64,000 nucleotides of DNA from Eledone cirrhosa (Eukaryota), in the NCBI GenBank assembly GCA_964016885.1, contig OZ024745.1, positions 74,896,001-74,960,000 of the forward strand, read 5' to 3'. Below, piece by piece: positions 29,153 through 42,523 of the stretch. Numbering within the stretch: the first letter of the stretch is position 1; each line of letters opens with the position of its first letter. The position numbers and the translations under genes were made by a program. A model generated the notes under the pieces. It made no database searches. It saw only the letters and a list, made by a program, of their open reading frames with translations, and was not told where the DNA came from.

Positions 29153-29559
29153 ATATATATATATATATATATATAAAGTAATTCCGTCGGAAAGGTCCAG
29201 GAAAAAGGAGTGATCTATGTAGGTTACAGAGCTTATTAGTTATGTAATAAACAACATAAGATAATTATTTCATTTACCAGTGGTTTCTTGAAAGCAAACA
29301 AATTTGCTTTCAGTCATCAGAATGAAAAAATCCTGGTGTTTTTATTGAATGTGGATTTGAAAAACCTATATATATATATATATATAAAATCTTTGGCGCT
29401 ACACAGTTATACAGAAGACCCGCCTTGCCTAAGTACAAAGCGAAACCAAGTCAGTAGGCACCTCTAACAAAATACACCCCCGTCCCACTACCCCCACCCC
29501 ATCCACACCACCCCCTAAAATGTGAAATTATGTTGGTACCACAACATCCAGTCCGAAAC

Positions 29560-29944
29560 AAATGAGGTCGTGTAGGTGTCATGACAAAAAAACACAGTCC
29601 ACGCTGTAATGTGGCCGTGTAGGTAACACGGTAAAAACCTCCCAGTACACACTGTAAACGTGGTTGGTGTTGGGAAGGGCACCTAGCCGTAGAAAACCCG
29701 CCAGACGTGTAGGTGTCACGACAATAAAACACAATCCATGCTGTAATGTGGCCGTGTAGGTAACACGGTAAAAACCTCCCAGTCCACACTGTAAACGTGG
29801 TTGGTGTTAGGAAGGGCATCCAGCCATAGAAAACCCGCCAGACAGTCCAGAGCAAGACAACCAATCTTGCTTCAAGTGGGACAATTCCCGTCCAGACCCA
29901 TGCTAGCATGGAAAATGGACATTAAACGATGATGATGATGATGA
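29560..29944 (+). mobile_element. Abundant SINE-like element with an RTE-type 3' tail (copies at about 6140-6370, 21590-21767, 26850-26956, 34540-34700, 35360-35630, 60440-60699 on +; 26440-26700, 29959-30500, 35790-35885 on -)
   Basis: Shared motif aaaagcacccag..cactgtaaa..ggttggtgttaggaagggcatccagc.gtagaaa and tail ccatgctagcatggaaaatggacattaaacgatgatgatg. Confidence 0.8.
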
Positions 29945-30680
29945 AATATACTATGTTAATCATCATCATCATTGTTTTCACGTCCGCTTTCCCTGCTAGC
30001 AGGTTAAAACAGACCAAGTCAGTACTGAAGCAGAGCCACTGATTTTCCAGAAAGGCCAGGGATCTGTGTCTCGCTTATGTACAGTATCGTGTTCCACCGA
30101 GTGCACAGGGGAGATTGTCATGCTTTTGACACAACTGAGGGCCCTCCCAACCCTTTGTTCGACAAGATTTCTACAGCTGGATGCCCTTCCTATCACCAAC
30201 CACTTTACAGTGTGTACTGGGTGCATTTATCATGTAAATCAACACTAGGGAAGTTGTTTGTCCTTGACACGACTGAGAGGTCCTCCCGATCCTTTGTCTG
30301 GCAAGCTTTCTACGGTTGGATGCTCTTCCTATCACCAACTACTTTACAGTATGAACTGCTTACATTTATCATGTAGATCACCAACTCTAGGGAGGTTGTC
30401 TGTCCTTGACACGACTGAAGGGTCCTCCTGACCCTTTGTCTGGCAAGCTTTCTACGGTTGGATGCTCTTCCTATCACCAACTACTTTACAGCATGTACTG
30501 GGTGTAGATCATCAACACTATCAATAATTACAAATATCCCAGTCTACAAATTTATTCTAACCTGATATGGAAAATTTGATATAAAAGAAGACAAATTAGA
30601 AAACAAAACAGATAAAATATCTAACATTATCGATAAAGATCTCAACATATTGAAAAAAACAAAAAAACTGTATTACTTAC

Positions 30681-30819
30681 CAGATTTCACCCAATCAGCC
30701 TGAGACAGAGACTCTTGCTTCTCACAACTACACAAAAGGCACTTATCCTTATCCATATAAGAATTTAGTCCCCTGTTGCTTAGCAGTACTGGTAATGTCC
30801 GATTTTCCTTCTGGATTTC
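30681..30819 (-). CDS. FAM193A: FAM193A-like protein, most 5' coding exon identified (EIQKENRTLPVLLSNRGLNSYMDKDKCLLCSCEKQESLSQADWVKS)
   Basis: Acceptor ttgtttttag, donor g|gtaagt, 139 nt, ends in phase 1. CLLCxxE resembles the FAM193 N-terminal motif as I recall it. True start codon unresolved (ATG at 30756 or an upstream exon). Confidence 0.8.
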
Positions 30820-33599
30820 CTAAAAACAAAACATTCTTGAATTAGTCATACAGAATAAGTGAGTCCATGAGTACATGTAAGTGTGTGTGTATGAGAGTGC
30901 ATGAGTATGTGTGTGAGTAAGAGCATGTGTGAGTGGATGAGCATGCGTGAGTGTGGGTGATTGCGTTAGTGAGTGAGTGTGTGTGAGCACATGCATATTT
31001 TTTTTTTCTACATTCTTTAACTGGTTTCAGTCATTTGCTATGCAGTGGCATCCAACTTGGAATCATGTTGCAAAGTGAACCTTTTGAACCCCATATCCAT
31101 GCCTGTGCCTACATTCATTCAGATTGTATCTTTGTCCATTGGAAATATATCAATTTTAATAATATTCAGTTTAAATGTTTTGTAACCAAAATTATTGGGG
31201 TTAGGATACATACACTAAAATGAAGCAGCCTCAGCATGGCTAATCAACTTGCTAGAAACAGCAGTCAAATATATCCCTAAATAAATCACATCCTATCCAC
31301 TTTAATTAAAGGAAAGAAGCACTGGATGATGTAGTCTTAGCTACACAATACCTGTAAAAATAAATAAATAGCAGGATGATCACAGCTGCAAGCTTGACCT
31401 AGAATTAAACAACAAAGCTGATTCTGGCTTTGAAATCAGAACATGGAGAGACAACAGGACAGTTTGTTTTATTCTACCACTCACACAACTCAAATAAAGT
31501 GACATCAGATCAGACCAAGGAAACTATGTTTCTACGGGTCTTTCGATTGCTTATACTATCTGGTGACCATAACTCCTGGCAAAAGAATGCGGAATTTGAA
31601 CTCAGAATGTAGAGAGCCAGATCAAATACCACAAAGCATCTCATCTGGCTCTAGCAATTCCACATATTCACTGCCCCCCTGGACTCATACTTTATCAACC
31701 CTGAAAGGATGAAAGGCAAATTTGACCTCAACATGATTTGACTTCAGAAAGCAGGGAACTGAAACAAATACCAAGGCATTTTAACTCTTTTGATACCAAC
31801 CCAGCCAAAACCAGTACTGGTTCTATCAAATGTTGGCCCTCATTTTAAAGGGTTCCTATTTCTATAAGAATCATCCAACATAATTTTATATAAAAACTAT
31901 ATGTTACATTGTTATCTTAGTAATGAAATAATTAATCTTAATATACCCCTCAAAATTCTTCCTTAATTAATTGAAAGTAGAGTACATTTCATTAGAAATA
32001 TAGTCAAAAAAAGAATTAATCCTACACTAACAAAACTTCACATGTCAGCCTATTGGTTCATATGGAATTTGAACTCAGAATGTAAAATGACATAACTAAA
32101 TACCTACCTAATCCCCCCACTAACTGCCATTTATGTTTTGAACCAGGTTACTTTTTCTGGAACGACTTATTATAATACCAAGACACAAAGACATGTCTCA
32201 GCAAGTATTATTTTAATCATCCTAATTTTCAAATAATTCAAAGTATCAATTCTTCACACATACAAAAAATGCACACACAATTTCTGGATCAGAAAATACA
32301 TCTTGTATCAACTATCTAATTATTTTGATGAATAAGTAATATAGAACCAGTTATATTGATTTCTTTCAATCACATTTGTGTAGGTTTGAAGTACATACAA
32401 TATATACATGTGTATAAGTCACACATTTTCCAACAAAAATACATGGAAAACCAGTATGCATCTCCCCCCCCCCCCCCTATTGAGCTTAGAAACTCATTAG
32501 CCTGAAGCGTATCCCAGTTCAAATGGCATTAAGTAGCTGAGGATACAAGACTCCCTCCAGGACATGATAGCAATCTATTGCGGGATTAACTAAACACACA
32601 CCCATAGCTGCTGCTGGTACTTATTTTCAGCTGAGTTGACAGAAGCAACGTGAAACACAATGCACCACCTGGTCTGGGAACCAAACCCACACCATCACAA
32701 TTGTCAGTTTATGAAGATAATAACTAGGCTGCAGTTAAGACATGAAATTAAATTCTTTAAGCTACATCATTCAGTTACTTTAGAGTTTATCCAAACTCTG
32801 ATTCTGTCATTTACTTTAAAACAACAGTTAGCATTACTTTGTATATATTAAAAACACAAATGCTTATACAAGAAACAGATAATGTTGCCAAGTGCACACT
32901 AACATACTAATGGCTCATATTCAGAATACCAAGCTAAATGCTACATAGTAAAAATAAACAAAAATACCAAGGCCTAAGTATTTGTAAAAGCATATAGGAT
33001 TCTAAGGTGCATTTGATGGCTTACAAGACAAACTTCAAATTTGGCAGGTCCTTTCTTCAGTTGCGGACCTACATTTTTGGGACTCTGCCTTCTGAACTGT
33101 TATGGAGAACCCTCCAGGATAAGCAACCCTGAATCTTAAGTTTCATAAATCTGCCGCTGCTTTTCTTGGAAACAATTTAAAAGCTGTTTTCATCTATCAT
33201 CAGATCCTTATGAAATCCCACTATTCCCCATTAAAAAAAAAACCTTAACCCTTTCCTTACTCATCATCATCATTTAACGTCTATCTTCCACGCTAGCATG
33301 AAGAAAATTAAATTTACAGCTCAAACCTATACATGTTTAGCTGGCTTTCTACAAAGTTGAATCTCACAGGTTTCTCAGATGTTTTAATGATAGGGGTCTC
33401 AGTTTTGTGAAAAACAGCATGAAATGAAACGTCTTGCTCAAGAAAATGTACCACCTGGTCAAAGAATCAAACCTATGACCTTATAATCATGAGTCTAACA
33501 CCATAAACTAATCATGAATTTTGAGTGATTTCATTAAAAAAAAAAATTACCAATTTTTTCTATTTACTGATATATCAAAATGAAGTTTTGTACAATACT

Positions 33600-34468
33600 A
33601 TTAAAAGGTATAGTTTTGACTGCACTTATCTACCAAACTGAAGAATTCTCCTCCAGATATCAAATAGGAGGTAAAATCCTATCAAATCTTAGCTATGCAG
33701 ACAATCTGGCCATCATGAGTTACTCTAGAACTAATCTGCAAAACTTTCTGAATGTACTGGCCAAACATTCACTAGAGGCTAGCTTACACATCAACATCTC
33801 CAAAACAAAGTGTGTGACAACTGATAAAAACAATGCCAATCTCCAACTCACAATCTACAACCAGCAAATTGTTGATGTTATGGAGTTTGTATATCTCGGT
33901 CACAAACTATCATCAGACAACAATGGAATGGTCGCTGTGCAGTATCGCATCACTCTATGTTGGGCAGATTTCAACAGGAACAAGGAAGTACTAACATCAA
34001 AACGAGTTTCCTATCACTTGAAGGCTAAGATCTTCGATACTTACATCCTACCAGTTGTTTTATATGGTTTTGATTGTATTAATTGAACGACAAGGTCACT
34101 TCAGAAGCTCTCTACATTCCAGAACCACATCATGAAGCAAGCAGTTCAGCGACCATATCTGTATCAGTGGGCTGCTCAACATCACCAGACTTAGACCAAT
34201 CACAACAGTTGTCAGGTCAAGAGTGCTTAAATTGTATGGTCATATCTAAAGATCAACTTGTGGTGTAAGTTATGCCTAGAAGGAAAGTTGGCTGGTAAAA
34301 GAAGCCGAGGCCAGCAGCCAAAACGATGGCTTGATAATGTTAACTTATGGATTGGACTTGACCGTTGCTCTTTAAACTCTGCTGTTGGTGATTGAACTTT
34401 GTGGAGAAAAATATCTTTTGTTGATGCAAAGTCTGCAACTGGCGGAGTTAGCGTTTAGAGAGAGAGAG
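33600..34468 (+). mobile_element. Second RTE-type LINE family, 3' fragment with a (GA)n tail
   Basis: ORF 33580..34086: IGGKILSNLSYADN, INISKTK, FVYLGH, ILPVVLYG; followed by GKRSRGQQPKRW. Confidence 0.85.
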
Positions 34469-35949
34469 ATAAAAAGGTTCTTCCATAAATCTGTTATGGA
34501 ATTGTCTCAAAACTATTCTAATTTCAGGTATGTATAGATAAAATTAGGAAGAGCATTCAGCCATAGAAACCAAGCCAAAAACAGAACATATGAACAAGAC
34601 AAGGTCACCTGACTCATCTAGCTTCAGAATATGACATCCCATCTAATTCATGCAGGCAAGGAAAATAGATATTAAACAGTGATGATGATTATGATGATGA
34701 GAGCCATTTAAATTTTGCTTAACTAACAATAACCATACTTTGGATTAAATAAAATTCTAATAGAATAAGAGCATCAAAAACAAAATGAATTAGAAGTTAA
34801 TAGTAAAACCAGATGAAATATGCAGCTGTGCCATAAAATAGTATTTACAATATAACATTCTTGTAAATAAACATAAATTCAACCTAACTGAATGTATAAT
34901 TTAACAAAAGATCCCCTTTGTCAACTAGTAAGCCATTAAAATATTGTGTGAGACTTGAACCTTGAAAATGTTTATAGTTCAGATATGATACAACATACAT
35001 GTAGACTATGAACAAAACTAAAACAGATCAAAAGAGGACCATTACAAAGAGAAGCTGCTGATCCCTGCTCTATACTGTCACTGAATCTGCTAAAAATAGC
35101 AAATAAATCATACCCTATTGCCCTGGACACATTGGATGATCATAGCTGGAATGCCTTTGACCAAAGGTCTGTTGCACTAAAGATGAACTGTATTAAAAAA
35201 AAAAAAAAATGTAATATTTGAAATGGACTTTTTTTCTAAACTAAGTCATTTTCCTACAAATAATTATTCTTGTACTTAAATACCCTAAGCCAGTGTTTCC
35301 CAAAGTAGATACTATGAAAAATTCTGAAGTTCTCCATGATAAAGTATCTTTTAATAAAATGTACCCAGTGCACCCTGTAAAGTGTTAGTGTTTGTGCCAT
35401 GATAAATTGCACCTGGTACTCTGAACAGTGGTAATGCTAGTGCTATGATAAAAAAGAAAAACACCTAATATATGTTGGTAGCTGGTGTTAGGAAGAGCAC
35501 CCAGTCATAGTATGCATGTCAAAAATGAAATATATGGACATGAGGTCATTCTGACCTATCCTTTCTCAGATTGTGACAACCTGTCCAACCCATACCAGTG
35601 TGGAAAGCAGACATAAAAACAATAAAGATGACAATATTGTGGTTGTTCTTTATATGAATAAATTCTCCCTAAAAAACAATTTTGTTTCATTAAATGACAT
35701 ATTTGTGAAGGTGTGTGGCCCAGTAGTTAAGGTGTTGGGTACACAATCAGGAGTTAGAAAGTCACATCTTGCTTATGCATTTCATATTTAGCATGGTTTC
35801 TACAGCTGGATGCTCTTCCTAACACCAACCATTTTACAGAGTGTAGTGGGTACATTTTATCCTGGCACCAATACTAGAGAAGTCATCATGTCCTCAGCCA
35901 AACTAAAAGGTCCACTTGACATGACCCTAATTATTCATCAAAATATATT

Positions 35950-38900
35950 TAGTTAGTGGGAACCATTATGAATTCTGACAACGCTGAGGCACCACCATAA
36001 CTCCCATCAATCTCACTGTACCAACGTATTTAACAAAGTCACTTTCCAGATGTTACTGTGCTAATGTGCTATTTGTTGGTAACTATCATAATACATTGGC
36101 TTTTGTCATGTTGACTTTTATGGTGTTCAACTCTATACTACTCAGATTTTTATTTTTTCTGTGGCTCTTCAACAAAGTTTGCAATGGTAACCATACCATT
36201 GGCATATAAGTAGATCTTGGTTGATACTCATGCATGATTGCTTTAAAGAAAAAGGCTTTTTGTTTTTCATTGTTTAGTCAAGGAGAGAGGAAGGTACCTT
36301 CAAACCAGAAACCTAACCAGTGCTAGCAACCAAGATGATTCTGCTAAAGACATCCAATCCTTTCGTAAGATTATAAATTGTGTTTACAAAGATGAATAAT
36401 TAAAATAAACTTATTTTGACTGTTGTATTATAAGCACAGACATTCAAAATAATTACAATGTTTTCATGTGCCGCCATGAGTCAGTCAGTCCTGCAGTACA
36501 TTCAGTAATGCACTGGGTAATTGCTGGCCTTGTGCCTAAAGTAGAAACAATTATTATAACTAATACTACTCTCAAACCTGTGTCACATCAACATCTACGA
36601 AACCAAACATCCTGATCGGTAGAGGGTCGGACGCCATGCTTTGACGCATAGAGTTACGGCCCTTGCCATTCTGAGTTCAAATCCCGTTGAGGTTAACTTT
36701 GCCTTTCATCCTTACGGGGGTCGATAAAATAAAGTACCAGTAATGCACTGGGTTATTTGCTGGCCTTGTGCCAAAAGTAGAAACAATTATTTATTTCTAC
36801 ACCCATGTTTTTCTCAGCCACAGTTACCTTCAACTTTAAAACATACGTCCCATATACATCAACAGTTGTGATCTACAATGTGTCTAATGGCCAACAGCTT
36901 TCTCAACTTACTTCCATTCCATCATTTATGCAAGTTGATGGTATATATTTCCCATCAACCTACATCAACCTTCCACACTCAATATCTCTCTCACAGTGCC
37001 ATACATTACACTGCTTACAAATGTTTCATATACTTTTACCTTTCACAGTGAAAAATGGTTTGTTGCCATCAGAAATAACACTTAAAACTTGTTCCACACC
37101 ATTCTTTCAAACTGATATACATGCACTACAACCAGCACTAATTACATTACATAAGTAGTAGAAACTATCTCCTACTTCTTGTAAGCAATCTCAACAGACC
37201 ATGCCTCCAGTTCAAGGCTGCATGCGATTGCTAACTCCTCCCGTGCATCTATCAACCACTGTACCTATTACTAGCACTTGGGACTTTGTATTCAATACTT
37301 TGTATTTATACTGATCTCTTTTCAACATATTTAACAAAGTTACTTTCCAGATGTTACTGGGTTGTTGTGTTATTTGTTGCTAACTTCTACAGTATGTTGT
37401 TTGTTGCTAACTTCTTACACTGTGTTATTTGTTGCTAACCAGTACACTGTGTTATGTGTTGCTAACTAGTACACTGTGTTATTTGTTGCTAACTAGTACA
37501 GTGTGTTATTTGTTGCTAACTTCTACATTGTGTCGTTTGTTGCTAACTAGTACATTGTTATTTGTTGCTAATACATTGGCTGTTACTTTGTTAACATTTT
37601 TGCTTTCCAACTCTTACTACTCACAAATTTTGAATTTTTTTTTTTCTAGCTCTTTGACAAAATTTGCAATGGTAACCAGATCATTGGCATATAAAGGTCC
37701 CCCTGTATATCTAGTTCTGTAGTATTTATGCTGGACTGTTTCAATGAAAAAAAAAAGGGTTGGGAGTGATCGAGTTTTATTGAACTTAAACCTGCATGTT
37801 AAATACTTCCATTAAATTCATTGTCAATCCTGACCTTGTAACTTTGTACATGGCTTGAACTGTTGACTTACACCTATCTTTCCCACTGACCCTATCACAC
37901 TGCAGAACATGAGACCTTGTCAAATATCTTCTCTATGTTAACAAATACAAAGTACAATTGTCTGTTCCAGTTGTGTCATTAAACATAGTAGCTGCAACTC
38001 CACATACCAACACAAACTATATCTTACACAAACTAGTTTTGTCTTCTACTACTACTAATTTAACAACTGACACTCTCTCTCTCAATGCATCAGCTAAATG
38101 AGTGTCAAATAATCCTAACTTTTAACATCCTCTAATGATTTAGCAGAAAATATTTAGAAATGGATTTGTTAATTCAAATGTTTGTAGTATCTTTACTAAT
38201 GGGCAGAACATTGTAAAAATCTGCTGTATTTGGGTAAAGGCTTAATTTTTTTAATGTGATACAGTTATAGTGCTGTTTTGTACCTTTCAAGAATGCTTTG
38301 CTAATATAGTTTCACGTGGTAATGCAATCACCAAATAAGCTATGCAGTGGATTGGCACGTCCTCACAGGGCTGATTCAGTCACCACAACTCTCTTCTCTC
38401 TGATCAAGATTTGGCTCTCATATCCATCACAATGGTAGATTATTACTAACCAATTGTCTGAAAACTGCATAAAATATGGTAACATTATATAGCTCACATA
38501 ACTCATTGTTTCCTCATCAATATCTGGTGCCATGGTCATCACCATATTACCTACTTCTGTATTCAACCTGGTGTTATTCATCTACATGACCATTAAACTC
38601 TCCAGTATAAAGCAGAAGTTAGCCTCGTAGGGCTCCAAAACCTCACCAGCTACGATATCATGATCACTGCCAGTTATTTTTGAAAGTGTTATACTCTAGA
38701 TCTCATACAGCTAATCCTATTAATCCCATTTGTGAAGCATAACAAAAAGCTTTTTAATGTCATTTTCCTTGCTAAAGCAGAAGTTAGTCTTGTATGACTA
38801 AGACAGGTTTCATTCATACTCATCGTTTTTTTAAGCCAGATGCCTTTCCTGGTGCCAACCCTTTTAGTTGCCTCTTACAGAATGCAGGTGTACAGTGTAG

Positions 38901-39160
38901 TTATTCTGTGGAGCATAACTGAATATTAAAAATTCATTATAATGCCTATCATGTCTGAGTTTAATTACTCTATCTTTCCACTCACCTACACCAGCAATGA
39001 ACTCATAATTGTACCTTTTTGCTGTGATGATGCCGATTAAACTAATACTCATTTCATTCACACATCCAATTGCTTCCTGCTTTAACATTTCAACTATATC
39101 ACCAAACCCACCTTTCATTGCACCAACATTGATAGTAGCAAACATGAAACTTAAAACCTA
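35950..39160 (-). mobile_element. Highly decayed RTE LINE pieces (two RT-region copies and an EN N-terminus)
   Basis: LYA(N/D)DLV-like sequence at about 37670-37693 and a related copy at about 36185-36210; ORF 38864..39145 FATINVGAMKG..DIVEML. Confidence 0.6.
37360..37572. repeat. 27-bp minisatellite (TACACTGTGTTATTTGTTGCTAACTAG), about 8 units
   Basis: Direct reading; 9-aa periodicity in ORF 37429..37722. Confidence 0.9.
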
Positions 39161-41428
39161 AAAAAAAAAAGAGAGAAGCAATAAAATTGCAATGATGGCA
39201 GTTCAGTTGTACTCACAACCAACACCCTTTCTACAATAAGATTGATTCGTGGGAGTTGAATGGTACTCACAACTGATACCACACTTACCATGTTCAGTTC
39301 TAACATAACACGTTGCTCTGTTAATACATTTAGTAATAAGAGAGAGAAACAAGACTATTTGATGGCAGTTGGGTGATACTCATGCCTGAAACTATACTCA
39401 GCATATTACGTTAGGTCTGTTCATGAAGTTAATGTTATTATCCTGTTGCTGTTTAGACTTAGGTCAGCTCTGATCAAACAGAGCTATGATAAATGGCATC
39501 CCAACCATGACCATCCTGTCCCTTTCTCAGACACAACACACCAAAAACCACATCATTTAATGCATCCTTTTTAAGATGGTAGCATGTAATTTGATAGATT
39601 TAACTCCTATATCTAGCAGATCGAGCAACTACATAGAGGTTCACATTGGTTTGAGTGTTACTATATAAGTAGACATACAGTATATTTCATTTAGTTAGGC
39701 ATTTTATGACTTAATACTCTTCTTAAAATCAAAAACTAACAAAAGATACTACCTATGACTTTCAAAGAATTTTGAAAATAATAAAAATTTGGAGTGATTT
39801 AGTATAATTTTTTTCATTATTAAGCTGGTGTTTGGAACATAATATTATGTTAGAAACTTTAAGCTATGATGAAAGGTTTTTTTAAAATAAATATAAATAC
39901 TTTAAAACAAAGTTTTGTATCACAAAACCAGAATGCTTTCAGCTGGTTTGTTATCAAAAGGGTTAATCATTATATCATTTAATATATTATATTAATGACA
40001 GGTCTGTCCAACTCATGCTAGGATAGAAAATCAAACATAAAATGATGATGATGACATAATATAGAACAGAATTTTGACTAACAACTACCTGAACTACTAA
40101 AAATGATCCACATTCTTGTTAATCCCTCCTACATGAATAATATATATTACCCAACTTAAAAGGCTCACTAACTTACCAATTCTGCTGATGTTAATTTAAT
40201 CCACTTTATGCCAAACTGCTGAAACTGTACAAAGAGTGCCAGTTCATTGCAGATTTAATATGAAATGAAGTGCCTTAATCAATGACACAATGTGTTGCCT
40301 GATCCAGGATCAAACCCACAACCTAACGACACAATTACATGCCTTCATGAAACACCAAGCAAGCTGAATATGTGATCTAGTTTCTTATAGCTCTGTCACT
40401 TGATAACAGCATTAATTTTCACATATTCTGTTCATCAAATTTCAGGTCAACAGTACTAATAACTCATTGATTGATATTTCTGACCACAAAGTCAAAACAA
40501 CTGACATAGGTATTACACTAGCGAAGACATTAAGTATTTATTGATCTTTATATTTCAACACACAAAAAAAAACTAAATGAATGGATTCTGTATATGTAAA
40601 ACAGCAAGCCTAGTATAAAATCCGATTGTACTAAATAAAAGTGACTATTTGGAATGGAATACACATGTAGATATATAACATGAAGTAATTTGAGAAATAT
40701 TGGGTTACAAATTATTATAATTAATTTTAAAAAATTTTTTTTAAATTTAGTTAACCTATAATTAGAAATTTACTACAGAGAACTACATAATTTTATTTCC
40801 CTCTTACAGCTCACTTTACCTAAAGTTATCTTTAACCTCACTACTTCTTTTAACCGCATCCCCTATTTATCACATTTAATACCTAGGATTATTAAATATA
40901 ATTAATATCTTTAATATTATGGATGTTTGGATAGATACACTACTTTTTATAATATTTTATCTATTTCAGTTTTTCTATATATATATATATTTTTTTTTTT
41001 ATTTCTTTATTTATCACATTCATAAGAATTAATATAATTTTAACTCTGTAAGTATACCTATCAATTAATTTTATTTCCTTTTATGTATCTAGGTTCCTTG
41101 AAATTTAAATAGGATTAGTATTTCTCACTAACACTCATCCCACAAAATTTTTTTCCCCTTAGCTTTTAACACCATTCTTTAATAACATCAATTTTGGGGG
41201 AATCCTTCACTCTCCTTGATTTGACCTCATTTTAACCCCTATCTTTCTCTTCCCCATTGTATTCTTTTCATTCAAAGCATAAATTTACATTCCTCCACTC
41301 CTAGCATCAAGTTCTACTACTGTTATTCTATCAGCTTGACCTCTAACTCTTTTCGATTGGTCAATTCAAAACCTGTTCCCAAACAGACTTTTTATATTAA
41401 TACTTTGTTTCTTTCAATAAACATACTT

Positions 41429-41565
41429 CATCATTTCTGAAGATGGCATGTATAGGTGAAGGTATGTATATCTCCTCATAATTTGTAATATTTTTTTACA
41501 TAGATCTTTAACATGATATACATACCAACACACATATATATCCCAGAAACAATCATAAAATGATG
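41429..41565 (+). ncRNA. Decayed type I hammerhead with a long stem II, probably the end of an old Penelope-like element
   Basis: CAUCAUUU-CUGAAGA-UGG...CCA-GAAAC aauc aUA-AAAUGAUG: perfect 8-bp stem I and an inner 12-bp helix ggtatgtatatc/gatatacatacc. Stem III is disrupted. A (TA)n run follows at about 41622. Confidence 0.6.
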
Positions 41566-41988
41566 GATTTTTCAATATACGGAACCTGTTCTTTGTTTTT
41601 ATTTCATTGTTTTTATTAATTTATATATATATATATATATATAACACAATAACAGAGATAGTTTAAAGCTAAACTCTGACTGGTAACCATCTCACTCAAC
41701 AAACATTAGGTTATATTAAAATATAAACCCAATTTAAGTGTTTGGGGTGCTAACAAAATGTATAATGTGGAAAAACCAGTTGTATTATTTTATGAGATAT
41801 AATTAAAGTTAAAGTATATCTCTCTTTCCAAACAATTGTTTCATTATAAGTTTTCTACAAGTTTGGGAGAATGTTTCCAGTTTATGTAGAAGCCTAATAT
41901 ATATTCATGTAAGAATATATTTAGGTGGGTACTTATAAATCGTCAGTGGAAGCCCATTAAACATTGAAATAAGAAAACAATTTCTTAC

Positions 41989-42505
41989 CGCTGTCAAAAA
42001 TCATGTCCGTAAAGTAGCTCTCTCTCACCTCGAATGACCGCCAAATTTGAAATTCCAGCAGTTTTTGACTGAGGAAGCATCATAGCGACACGAAGCGGGA
42101 AGGGGAGACAACCCACGAAATGAGGAAAAAAATAATATACACGCGGGTTAATTAGTTTTTTTTAAAACATTATCAATCCGACATGATTAAGAACTCAATT
42201 GAAAATAAAAAAAATAAATATATGCTTGTATAAATTACACACGCATATAGATATTTTCTTAGGCTAAATCAGAAGTTGTACCCGAAACATTCATTTCATT
42301 TATTGATTTATTGATAATTTATCTGAGTGGCCCGAATCTTCCATATCGAACTTTTCGGTTATTTGGTTGATTGTAGACATATTCTACGTGTGACGGTATT
42401 TTAACGATAGTTATAGCTCTAATTTATTTGAATTATAGAGCCCTCTGCCGATCATCTCGAATTTTGTTTATCGTGAACTCGTGCGCCGATTTTTCGATAC
42501 TCGAT
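41989..42505 (-). promoter_or_regulatory. Probable first exon and CpG-rich promoter region of the FAM193A-like gene
   Basis: Marked local CpG enrichment in non-repeat sequence. Two good minus-strand donors: gcg|gtaaga (exon end 41989) and gag|gtgaga (exon end 42029). Confidence 0.55.
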
Positions 42506-42523
42506 TATTCTACTATATATATA

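Noticed and set aside
29285-29330. Minus-strand CUGAUGA-cu-GAAA followed by a hairpin
   Set aside because: No stem II and no convincing stem I; the GAAA is sequestered in a simple perfect hairpin.
33025-33185. Possible extra gene exon ending at ctt|gtaagc on minus
   Set aside because: In-frame stop shortly upstream, no good acceptor, and no similarity to FAM193.
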